Origin: Candidatus Iainarchaeum sp.
GTDB taxonomy: Archaea > Iainarchaeota > Iainarchaeia > Iainarchaeales > GCA-2688035
Assembly (NCBI GenBank): GCA_017610175.1
Contig: JAFCCO010000004.1
Location: forward strand, 18,206-82,205
Reading direction: 5' to 3'
Length of the DNA: 64,000 nucleotides
Shown here: positions 56,358 through 64,000 of the stretch, piece by piece
Layout of the letters: the number at the start of each line of letters is the position of its first letter
Numbering within the stretch: the stretch's first letter is position 1
Translations under genes and position numbers: made by a program
The notes under the pieces: model-generated
Told to the model about the DNA's origin: nothing
What the model saw: only the letters and a program-made list of their open reading frames with translations
Databases searched by the model: none

Positions 56358-58190
56358 ATGAAATCGAACAAGGGGCTCATTCTGCTAGCCACCGCATTGG
56401 CTTTCCTGATTTTTGCACAGAATTCATTGGCCGCACCCATTTGCGGAAACGGCGTTTGCGAGGGCTCGGAAAATATGTGCTCCTGTGCCGCCGACTGCGG
56501 GGACTGCGAAGCCTATGGAAGCGACTTCAGGTGCAAAACATTTACCTGCGAGGACAACAAATGCGTTGAGATTGTTGCGCTTGACTGCTGCGGAAACAAC
56601 CTGTGCGAGGACAGCGAAGACTTTACGATTTGCCGCCCGGACTGCCCAACCCCTAAAGAATTTATTTTAACCCCGCTCTGGGAAGACTACTACCTCAGGG
56701 GCGAGGCTGTAAACCTCAAGATTCAAATCGACGCGGATTCGGTTCGCGCAATCGGGGCGGATGTGACAAGCAGCGGCATATTTGGCGAGCTCGAAATGTA
56801 TGATGACGGAAACCACGGGGACGAAGAGGCAAGCGACGGAATCTTCTCAAACTCGTTCACAATCACAAGGGACATGAATGAAGGGACACATCCAATAACA
56901 TTTAATGTCGGCATGCTTGGAACCGAAACGGCTGGAATTGCAGAGCTTGATATAACCCCAAGGCTTGACCTTGAAATAAACTCAGACCGCATGAACTATT
57001 TTTTGGGCGAAACCGTCAAGCTTGACGGAAAGGTTGCAAGACGAGGCAGCCCGATTATAACAGGGATTGAAATCAGAACATACAGCAATGAAAAAATGAT
57101 TTCATATGCCTACGCCGAAAGCAACTTCAAGGGGGAATATGCAACAGCTGTAAGGCTTGCAACAATCGATCCCGCCGGGGAGTGGTTCATTTCCGCAAAG
57201 GCAAGGGACGAGTTCAACAACTGGCAGGAAAGCTGGACGCAAATCAATGTTGAAAAGCCGCTGCTAAGCAACTTTTTGCGCATAAGCCTCAACCCAGAAC
57301 TCACCGGTTCGTTTCGGCGGGGCGGGGAATTGAAGGTTACGGTTGATATCGCAGACACAAACAGCGACCCAGTCCTCTCGGCAAACGTTGAGCTTGTTGC
57401 GCCCAACGGGGATCGGAAAAAATTGGGGGAGATTAGGCCGGGAACCTACTCCGGAATTTACACAATCCCCTGGAAATTTGGGTCGGGACAGCAGCGATTT
57501 GAAATAGTTGCAAAAAAGCAGGCCCAGCCAATCCAAATGGAGGGAAGCCTTCCATTCATTGTGCCAATTGAGGAAACCGGTTTTATCACAGAATTAATCG
57601 AACCAAAGCAAAGCACGTTCATGCTCGGCGACGACATTGAATTCAGAATCAAAATGAACTACCCGTCCGGCGAGGCGGTGACCGAATCAATTGTAAACGC
57701 AACAATTAACGGCACAAGCGTTGAAATGCAGGCAGTTGGAGAGGGCGAATACAGAACCGTGTACTTTGTGGGCGACAGAAGCCTGAAGAAGGTTGAATTT
57801 GCATTCAATGCAAGTGACGCATACGGAAACGTTTCCGACAAAAGCGTTGAGCTTGAAGTGTCGGGCGTTTCACTAAACTATTACGCAATGCGCTTTCCCA
57901 GCCTGTTTTATGCAATCCTGTTTGCAGGGGGGCTTCTTGCCGTGCTGATAGTTATTTCAAAGCTTGAAACATACACCCTTGAAAACCTGAAAAGGAAGGA
58001 AATTGAATTGCGCGCAGAAAAGAAAGACATTGAAACACGTTACTTTAAGCTTGGAACGCTTGAGCCCGAAACGTTTGAAAAAATGCGCAGCAAAATAAAG
58101 CCGCAGCTCGAGGAAGTGCGTGAAAAAATCCTAAAAATGGAAGAATCCCTTGAAAAGAGGAAAAAAGTATTCGGGAGAAATAAGAAATGA
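56358..58190 (+). CDS. Surface protein: Cys-rich N-terminus, YDDGxxGD Ca-binding-like motif, Ig-like domains, TM, cytoplasmic coiled coil
   Basis: CGNGVCE..E.CSC..DC repeats; MYDDGNHGDEEASDGIFS; TM; K/E-rich tail. Confidence 0.75.
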   Translation: MKSNKGLILLATALAFLIFAQNSLAAPICGNGVCEGSENMCSCAADCGDCEAYGSDFRCKTFTCEDNKCVEIVALDCCGNNLCEDSEDFTICRPDCPTPKEFILTPLWEDYYLRGEAVNLKIQIDADSVRAIGADVTSSGIFGELEMYDDGNHGDEEASDGIFSNSFTITRDMNEGTHPITFNVGMLGTETAGIAELDITPRLDLEINSDRMNYFLGETVKLDGKVARRGSPIITGIEIRTYSNEKMISYAYAESNFKGEYATAVRLATIDPAGEWFISAKARDEFNNWQESWTQINVEKPLLSNFLRISLNPELTGSFRRGGELKVTVDIADTNSDPVLSANVELVAPNGDRKKLGEIRPGTYSGIYTIPWKFGSGQQRFEIVAKKQAQPIQMEGSLPFIVPIEETGFITELIEPKQSTFMLGDDIEFRIKMNYPSGEAVTESIVNATINGTSVEMQAVGEGEYRTVYFVGDRSLKKVEFAFNASDAYGNVSDKSVELEVSGVSLNYYAMRFPSLFYAILFAGGLLAVLIVISKLETYTLENLKRKEIELRAEKKDIETRYFKLGTLEPETFEKMRSKIKPQLEEVREKILKMEESLEKRKKVFGRNKK

Positions 58191-59386
58191 ACCGAAAAGT
58201 GCTTGTTTTGATATTATTTATTGCACTGCTTGCAGCCAACGCAAGTGCGTTCTGGATAAACACAGACAAGGAGTCATATGAAAAGGGCGAAGCGATAAAA
58301 GTCACAACAGATTCGGCAGAGCCAATAAGTGTGGAAATTTACAAGGGGCGCGCGGTAATTGCAACAGGAAAAACAGAAGCCGATGGAAACGGCGGGAAAT
58401 TTACTTACAGCACACTTTTCAGCGATCCGCCAGGGGAATGGACTGTGCGCGGAACAGACGGATCAAGGGCCGCAAGAAAAAAAATAACAATCAACACGCC
58501 GCAGCAGGGCGCATATCTTATTATCACAATTTACTCACCCTCTGAGGGAGAGTACAAAAGGTCAAGGGAGCTTGAGACAAGCATTGAAATTACAGACCTT
58601 GGAAAAACGGCTTTGGGAGCCAATGTTTTCCTATACGGAGTGCACGGCAAAAAAATTGAAATGGAGCAAACAGGGCCGGGGCGATACTTTTACAAGTACG
58701 TGCTTCCGTTTGATGCACCGCTTGGGGAAACCTCAATCACAATAGCAGCACAGCTTGGAAGCGGTGAAACCGCAAAAGGCGGGGAGCACACACTCCGCAT
58801 TAATGTGCTTGAAACCCCTATCCTAATTGAAGTGCTTCGCCCAACGGCAATGGAAATCCCACTTGGAACAAAAACAGAGATTGTTGTAAGGCCGACTTAC
58901 TTCAACGGCCTGCCTGTTGATGAGTCAACTGAAATTTACGCAAGGGTTGACGGCGAATTTGTGCCGTTTGAAAGACAGGCAAACGGAGAATACCTGGCAC
59001 TCTATGCTCCACAGGAAACAGGTGAGCTAAAAATTGAAATCGAGGCACAGGACAAGGGAAAGAACTTAGGAAGCAAACGTGTCACAACAATTGTAGGCAG
59101 GGAATTTGAGCACCTGCTGAGAAAGTACGGCCTGATAATAATCCAGCTTGTTGTGCTTGCAATTATCCTTATTCAAATCTTTCGCTCAAAATTCATAAAG
59201 GGGTTCTGGATAAAGCAGCTTGAGAAGAAGCGCGACAAGTTCAAGGACAGGCTCAGGAGACTGCAGGAAAAATACTATAAAAAGGGAACGATTTCCGTTA
59301 AAACCTTTGAAAAGGAATCAGCCAAATACAAGCACACAATTACAGAAACAGAGGAAAAGATTAAAGCCCTTAAGGGGAAGAAATAA
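58187..59386 (+). CDS. Surface protein: Ig-like domains, TM, cytoplasmic coiled coil
   Basis: TDKESYEKGE, DPPGEW, PGRY; resembles the C-terminal part of the upstream gene. Confidence 0.75.
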   Translation: MNRKVLVLILFIALLAANASAFWINTDKESYEKGEAIKVTTDSAEPISVEIYKGRAVIATGKTEADGNGGKFTYSTLFSDPPGEWTVRGTDGSRAARKKITINTPQQGAYLIITIYSPSEGEYKRSRELETSIEITDLGKTALGANVFLYGVHGKKIEMEQTGPGRYFYKYVLPFDAPLGETSITIAAQLGSGETAKGGEHTLRINVLETPILIEVLRPTAMEIPLGTKTEIVVRPTYFNGLPVDESTEIYARVDGEFVPFERQANGEYLALYAPQETGELKIEIEAQDKGKNLGSKRVTTIVGREFEHLLRKYGLIIIQLVVLAIILIQIFRSKFIKGFWIKQLEKKRDKFKDRLRRLQEKYYKKGTISVKTFEKESAKYKHTITETEEKIKALKGKK

Positions 59387-59419
59387 AAAAGGCAAGGAAG
59401 CAATAATTAGAGTGATTAC

Positions 59420-60343
59420 ATGGGATTGATTGGAAACCTGAAAAAAATGAAGCCTACGAAACTTTCGAAAAAAGACGTTCAAAAGCTTAAGGGCGGAGAG
59501 CGCGTTCCGGAAATAAAAAAGGAACGCTTTGCAACACACGAAGAGATTAAATCCTTTGAAAAGGAAGTAAAGGACGCAAAGGCAGGCACGGCAAAAGCCC
59601 GCGAAAAGAAAAAGGGCAAAACTTTACCCACAAGAGTAAGCGGTTTTGACAAGCTAATTAAAAACGGCGGACTCACAAGAGGGTCCACCATACTGATTTG
59701 CGGCGGGGCGGGGACAGGAAAAACTACTTTCTGCATGGAATCGATTTACAACGCGGCATTGAACGGCGAACGCGCAATATACCTTTCGCTGGAGGAAGAA
59801 CCCGACAAGCTCAAAGAACACATGCTTGACAACTACGGATGGGACTTCAACAAGCTCGAGCGGGAGGGAAAGATTTCAATCCTCAAATACGACCCACTCA
59901 AAATCGCAAGAAGCGTTGAAGCATCAATTCTTGGCGCAAGGGAAGAGCTTGAAATCGAGTTTGAGGAATTTGAGCTTCCATTCAAGCCGGACAGGGTTAT
60001 CGTTGACTCACTTTCCGCACTCTCCATCGCATTCGGAAGCAAAAAAAACTACAGGCGATACATTCGCTACCTCTTTGAAAAGCTTGAGGGCTACAACTCA
60101 ATAAACTTTGTCCTAACCGAAACCGAGCAAAACCCAAAAACATACAGCCGCGCAGGAATTGAAGAGTTCCTTGCCGACGGGGTTGTTGTTCTCTACAACA
60201 TACAGTCAAGCAACACAAGAACAAACGCAATTGAAATACTCAAGCTTAGAACCTCAAAGCACGAGAAAAAGATTGTGCCCTTTGAAATAACCGCAAGAGG
60301 CATTGAAATATACCCCAACCAACAGGTTTTCAGGGAAGACTGA
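59420..60343 (+). CDS. Single-domain KaiC/RAD55 ATPase with basic N-terminal extension
   Basis: GGAGTGKT, SLEE, IVDS, EFLADG, KLR. Confidence 0.92.
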   Translation: MGLIGNLKKMKPTKLSKKDVQKLKGGERVPEIKKERFATHEEIKSFEKEVKDAKAGTAKAREKKKGKTLPTRVSGFDKLIKNGGLTRGSTILICGGAGTGKTTFCMESIYNAALNGERAIYLSLEEEPDKLKEHMLDNYGWDFNKLEREGKISILKYDPLKIARSVEASILGAREELEIEFEEFELPFKPDRVIVDSLSALSIAFGSKKNYRRYIRYLFEKLEGYNSINFVLTETEQNPKTYSRAGIEEFLADGVVVLYNIQSSNTRTNAIEILKLRTSKHEKKIVPFEITARGIEIYPNQQVFRED

Positions 60344-60464
60344 TTAAAATACCCCACCATCCACAAAAGCCAATGGTTGGGTTTAAAATCTGTTCGCAGC
60401 AGCAAATAATCAACACTTTTTAAGTGGCAGATTAAGTAATTTTTGGGTTAAAGGGGGATTTTCT

Positions 60465-61214
60465 ATGGATGAGAACGAAAAATTGAAAACTGAAAGTGCA
60501 GAAAACGAGCAGGAAACACAAGTTACAGAGCAATCCGGCGAAGAAAGCACAATTCAGGAAAAAGAGCTCCCTTTTCCAAGGGCAACAGTAACAAACAGGC
60601 TCAGGGACAACCTAAGCAAAGGAAAGCAAATAAAGGGCCAGGTAAAGGACGAAATGAACATCTGGATTGGCAAAATGATCCAAAGAATTGCCGAAAAGAT
60701 GGACTCACAGCCCTACACATTTGTAAACTACGACATGCTCAAAGAAGCAATTGCACCCTACGAGGGAATCAATGAAATTGACAAGGAGCGCAATTCACTC
60801 TCAGGCGGACTGAAGAAAATCCAGGCAGACTGCGACGCACTGATTGAGGAAATCGACAAAAGCGCAAAGAATCAGGTCGCCTCACTCAAGCTTGAAGCAG
60901 ACAAGCTTCCGTTCCCAAAGGCAACAATCACAAACAAGCTCAGAATGCACCTCACAGAAGGAAAGCAAATAAAGGGCCCTGTTAAAAGGGGGCTGAACAT
61001 CTGGGCGGGAAACGTTCTCAAAAGGGTTTCAGAAAAAATGAACTCCTTTCCCTACAATTATGTGGATGGGGGAATGTTCAGGGAATCAATCGAAATCTAC
61101 GAAAGCATTGGCGAGATAGAAATGGAGAAAGTAAGAATAATCAAGCAGCTTGAAGCCGTAAAGCTTTCGTGCGACGTTCTCATAAGCGAAGTTGAAAGGA
61201 AGTTTGTAAAGTAA
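60465..61214 (+). CDS. Tandem (doublet) histone-fold + coiled-coil protein
   Basis: Two 113-aa repeats LPFP(R/K)AT.TN.LR..L..GKQIKG.VK...NIW.G...PY..V....(E)..CD.LI.E. Confidence 0.75.
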   Translation: MDENEKLKTESAENEQETQVTEQSGEESTIQEKELPFPRATVTNRLRDNLSKGKQIKGQVKDEMNIWIGKMIQRIAEKMDSQPYTFVNYDMLKEAIAPYEGINEIDKERNSLSGGLKKIQADCDALIEEIDKSAKNQVASLKLEADKLPFPKATITNKLRMHLTEGKQIKGPVKRGLNIWAGNVLKRVSEKMNSFPYNYVDGGMFRESIEIYESIGEIEMEKVRIIKQLEAVKLSCDVLISEVERKFVK

Positions 61215-61218
61215 AAAA

Positions 61219-61235
61219 GCAGGTTCAAAACCTGC
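61219..61235 (+). terminator. Hairpin GCAGGTT-CAA-AACCTGC followed by T run
   Basis: 7-bp inverted repeat directly after the stop codon. Confidence 0.45.
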
Positions 61236-61300
61236 ATCCCACCCTTTTTTCCAAACGCAATTAATTTAAACCAGAACGCACTTTATCTTTAGTGATTAAA

Positions 61301-61990
61301 ATGGCTGAAGAACTTCACGTGGTAAAAACAGGCACTCCAGGCCTTGACGAAATGTTCGCAATAAACGGGTTCAGGAGAAATATGAGCGTGCTCGTAAGCG
61401 GAGAGCCCGGAGCAGGAAAAAGCATTGTGGCAATGCAGTACATTTACAACGGTGCCCGCCTGTACGGCGAAGGCGGAGTCCTTGTCACATCAGAGCAAAG
61501 CATTGAAAAGGTTCGCGAGATAGGAAAAAGCCTTGGAATGGACTTCCAGCAGTTTGAAGAAAGCGGACTGGTTACCATAATGAAAATCCCGATTGCAATG
61601 GGAGCCGAAATGACCCCGGACTCATTGCTAAACGCAATCAAGGACCCGTCAGTCCAAAGGATTGCAATCGACTCACTGACACCGTTTGAATTCCTTGCGC
61701 CAAGCGAAAAGGAATTTCGCGTAAAAATTCTCTCATTTGTTGAAACCGTTGCAAAGCACGACGTAACAATGCTTGTTACAGCGGAAAAAAAGAAAACAGA
61801 CTTTGAAAGTGTGGAGTTCTCGGCAGAGGACTTCCTGTTCGATGGGCTGATTCTGATGGGAAGGCTTAGGAGTGCAGCCGGATTTGAGCGCGTGCTCAGC
61901 ATAATCAAAATGCGCGGAACCGCCCACTCAGAGGAACTGCGCCCAATCAAAATCACAAACACAGGCCTTGTGGTTGAGAACATAGAGTAA
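61301..61990 (+). CDS. Single-domain KaiC/RAD55 ATPase
   Basis: TGTPGLDEM, GEPGAGKS, IAIDS, FLFDG, KMRGTAH. Confidence 0.92.
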   Translation: MAEELHVVKTGTPGLDEMFAINGFRRNMSVLVSGEPGAGKSIVAMQYIYNGARLYGEGGVLVTSEQSIEKVREIGKSLGMDFQQFEESGLVTIMKIPIAMGAEMTPDSLLNAIKDPSVQRIAIDSLTPFEFLAPSEKEFRVKILSFVETVAKHDVTMLVTAEKKKTDFESVEFSAEDFLFDGLILMGRLRSAAGFERVLSIIKMRGTAHSEELRPIKITNTGLVVENIE

Positions 61991-62271
61991 TAAAGAAACT
62001 GCTTTTGATTGTGCCCCCGGGCGAGGCAAACTATTTTGGATAAGAGAACGGATTAGCGTCAGAGTTATTTAAGCCCACAAAACCTTGTTTCCGAAGAAAC
62101 AGCCCTATGAAACTTAAATAATTCCCCCGCCAATCCAATAATATACAGTGCCCAAAGTTGTATTTAAGCGTTTCTATTTTGATAATTAGTTCGATAGCAC
62201 AGCGCAAGCGCAAAATTCCGCAAAAAACCCAATAGAAAGGAATAAATAAATGAAATAAGTTATTAGAAAAG

Positions 62272-64000
62272 ATGAAACTCGTTAAACTGACTTTTTTGCT
62301 ATGCCTCATTAGCTTAGCAAGCATTGTGCACGCCGGAGCCCCGCCGGGACTTGCTGCTTCAACTGCAAGCGTTTACCAAAGCAGTTCAACAACACTGGGA
62401 AGCGGAACACCGGTTTGTTTGAACCAAAATATTGCTTCTTCAGACAGCACCTGTTCAGGGCTGTTTACCAAAGGATTCACTTATAGGTGGGAAATTGTGT
62501 ACGAGAACACAAACGGTGGAGACCTAACAATTACACAATTGGACATGGAAAAGAGTTACGGATCAGGACAAGGCATTGGCACAGGAACAATTATCGGATG
62601 CGGCTGCGATGATGATGGAACTCCCCGCCCCGGAACAAGCAATAATGTGGGTATAGATCTCGAATGCGCCTACAGTGGCACGAACCAGTGTGTACTGCAA
62701 ACAGGTGGAGATACTGACACATTTTACTATGTTGTAACAATTGGAAGCGATGCAGCAAACGACACCGACAACAAATTCAAACTATATACTGCAGGAGGAA
62801 ACAAGGCTTCAAAAAAACTCGGCATGAACTTTTCAACCTGCGGAAACAATTCAATCGGGGGTGCGGAAACCTGTGATGGAACAGACTTGGATTCACAAGA
62901 CTGCACCAATTTAGAATTTGGAGGGGGAACGCTTGCATGCGACTCAAACTGCTTCTCATTTAACACAAGCTCCTGCACCCCAGCAGCAGTGTGCGGAAAC
63001 AATTCAGCAGAAGATGGAGAATTGTGTGACGGCACAGACCTAAACTCAGGAACATGTGTAGGAAAAGGGTTTGATGGCGGAACACTAGCATGCGCTGCAG
63101 ACTGCGAAGCATATGACACAAGCAGCTGCATAACAAGCGCGGTCTGTGGAGACAATACCGCAGAAACACCAGAAGTTTGCGACGGAACAGACTTGGATTC
63201 ACAAACATGCATAGGACTCGGATACGATAGCGGAACACTTGCATGCGCAGGAAACTGCCTAGCATACGACACAAGCTCGTGCACAACAAACGCAGTATGC
63301 GGAGACAACACAAAAGAGGGTAGCGAAGTCTGTGACGGAACAGGTTTGGACAGTGAAACCTGTGTATCCCAGGGCTTTGCAAGCGGGTCGCTTGCATGTG
63401 AATCCGACTGCACAGCATTTGACACAAGCCGTTGTGCCGGCTGTTCAACTGAATGCGACAACAGCTGTGACAGTATAAGCTGTTTCGGAATAGACCCTGA
63501 CTGTGACAGCTCAGGAAATGCAACACAGGAATGCTGCGGAAACAATGCCTGCGAAGGAGACGTTTTGGAAAGCTGCAGTAGTTGCGCAAGCGATTGCGGT
63601 GTTTGCCCGGAAGGAGGAATTACCCCTTCAGCAGCAAGATGCGGGGACGGAATTTGCACTGCGCCGGAAAACAGGTGCAACTGCATTTCAGATTGCGGAA
63701 CATGCGGGGGAGCTGTTCCCGACAAACTTTGTAAAACATTTAATTGTATAAGCGGAGCCTGCCAGCCGCTTGCAGACCTTTTATGCTGCGGAAACGGACT
63801 GTGTGAGGACGGGGAAGACTTCAAAATCTGCTCGCTTGACTGCGACAACCCAAAAGACTTCATTCTCACCCCACTTTGGACACAATACTACCTCCGCGGA
63901 GAAACAGTTAACCTACTCCTGCAGGTGAACGCGGATTCTGTTGAGGCAAAGGGCGCAACCGTAAAAGCCACAGGAATCTTTGGAGAACTTACATTATACG
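62272..64000 (+). CDS. Large secreted Cys-repeat surface protein, paralog of 56358..58190, running off the window (absent from ORF track)
   Basis: Manual translation from ATG 62272 (MKLVKLTFLLCLISLASIVHA...) stays open to 64000, ending ...PKDFILTPLWTQYYLRGETVNL...GIFGELTLY. Confidence 0.85.
   Translation, partial: MKLVKLTFLLCLISLASIVHAGAPPGLAASTASVYQSSSTTLGSGTPVCLNQNIASSDSTCSGLFTKGFTYRWEIVYENTNGGDLTITQLDMEKSYGSGQGIGTGTIIGCGCDDDGTPRPGTSNNVGIDLECAYSGTNQCVLQTGGDTDTFYYVVTIGSDAANDTDNKFKLYTAGGNKASKKLGMNFSTCGNNSIGGAETCDGTDLDSQDCTNLEFGGGTLACDSNCFSFNTSSCTPAAVCGNNSAEDGELCDGTDLNSGTCVGKGFDGGTLACAADCEAYDTSSCITSAVCGDNTAETPEVCDGTDLDSQTCIGLGYDSGTLACAGNCLAYDTSSCTTNAVCGDNTKEGSEVCDGTGLDSETCVSQGFASGSLACESDCTAFDTSRCAGCSTECDNSCDSISCFGIDPDCDSSGNATQECCGNNACEGDVLESCSSCASDCGVCPEGGITPSAARCGDGICTAPENRCNCISDCGTCGGAVPDKLCKTFNCISGACQPLADLLCCGNGLCEDGEDFKICSLDCDNPKDFILTPLWTQYYLRGETVNLLLQVNADSVEAKGATVKATGIFGELTLY
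62839..63450 (+). repeat. Four 153-bp coding tandem repeats (51-aa, 6-Cys module)
   Basis: Units start at 62839, 62992, 63145, 63298: CGxNxxxxxExCDGTxLxSxxCxxxxF/YxxGxLACxxxCxxxxTSxC. Confidence 0.9.

Noticed and set aside
45739-61990. KaiC genes as a circadian clock
   Set aside because: Single-domain proteins, no kaiA/kaiB, no evident S/T phosphosite pair
62839-63450. Regular repeats as a possible CRISPR array
   Set aside because: 153-bp in-frame degenerate coding repeats with no unique spacers and no cas genes
62727-63869. 380-aa minus-strand ORF with repeats
   Set aside because: Antisense shadow of the Cys-repeat gene on +, which has a signal peptide and a clear paralog
56358-64000. Paralogous segments as DGR template/variable repeats
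   Set aside because: No reverse transcriptase in the window; both copies are coding and their differences are not adenine-specific

Overview
Gene-dense archaeal chromosome segment with no rRNA, CRISPR array, integrase or transposase. The gene set (NucS, Dph5, EndA, archaeal TrpRS, histone folds, CCA-less tRNA-Pro, bacterial-type MetK, TTTAAA TATA boxes) suggests a DPANN archaeon, possibly Ca. Diapherotrites/Iainarchaeota (inference). The first ~41 kb is mostly housekeeping (porGDAB, glnA, pyrG, metK, trxB, trpS, endA, PolX, peptidases), plus an amino-sugar cluster (PfkB-NagB fusion, PIG-L deacetylase, GT4, GH100-like hydrolase) and a block of surface proteins. From 41.4 kb on it is a signalling/accessory region. 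The best candidate for an undescribed system is a convergent cassette: a homocitrate-synthase-like enzyme and two UbiA prenyltransferases face a tandem V4R-like protein, a KaiC ATPase and a small AbrB-like protein, and both arms carry the same 15-bp promoter element. It may make and sense a prenylated small molecule (inference). Other highlights are a box C/D sRNA, a tandem coiled-coil-histone doublet between two KaiC ATPases, a kinase-less Cache-HAMP-4xPAS sensor, a shared C-terminal motif on two secreted proteins, and a long Cys-repeat ORF at the right edge that is missing from the ORF track. All family calls come from motif recognition by eye; no searches were run.
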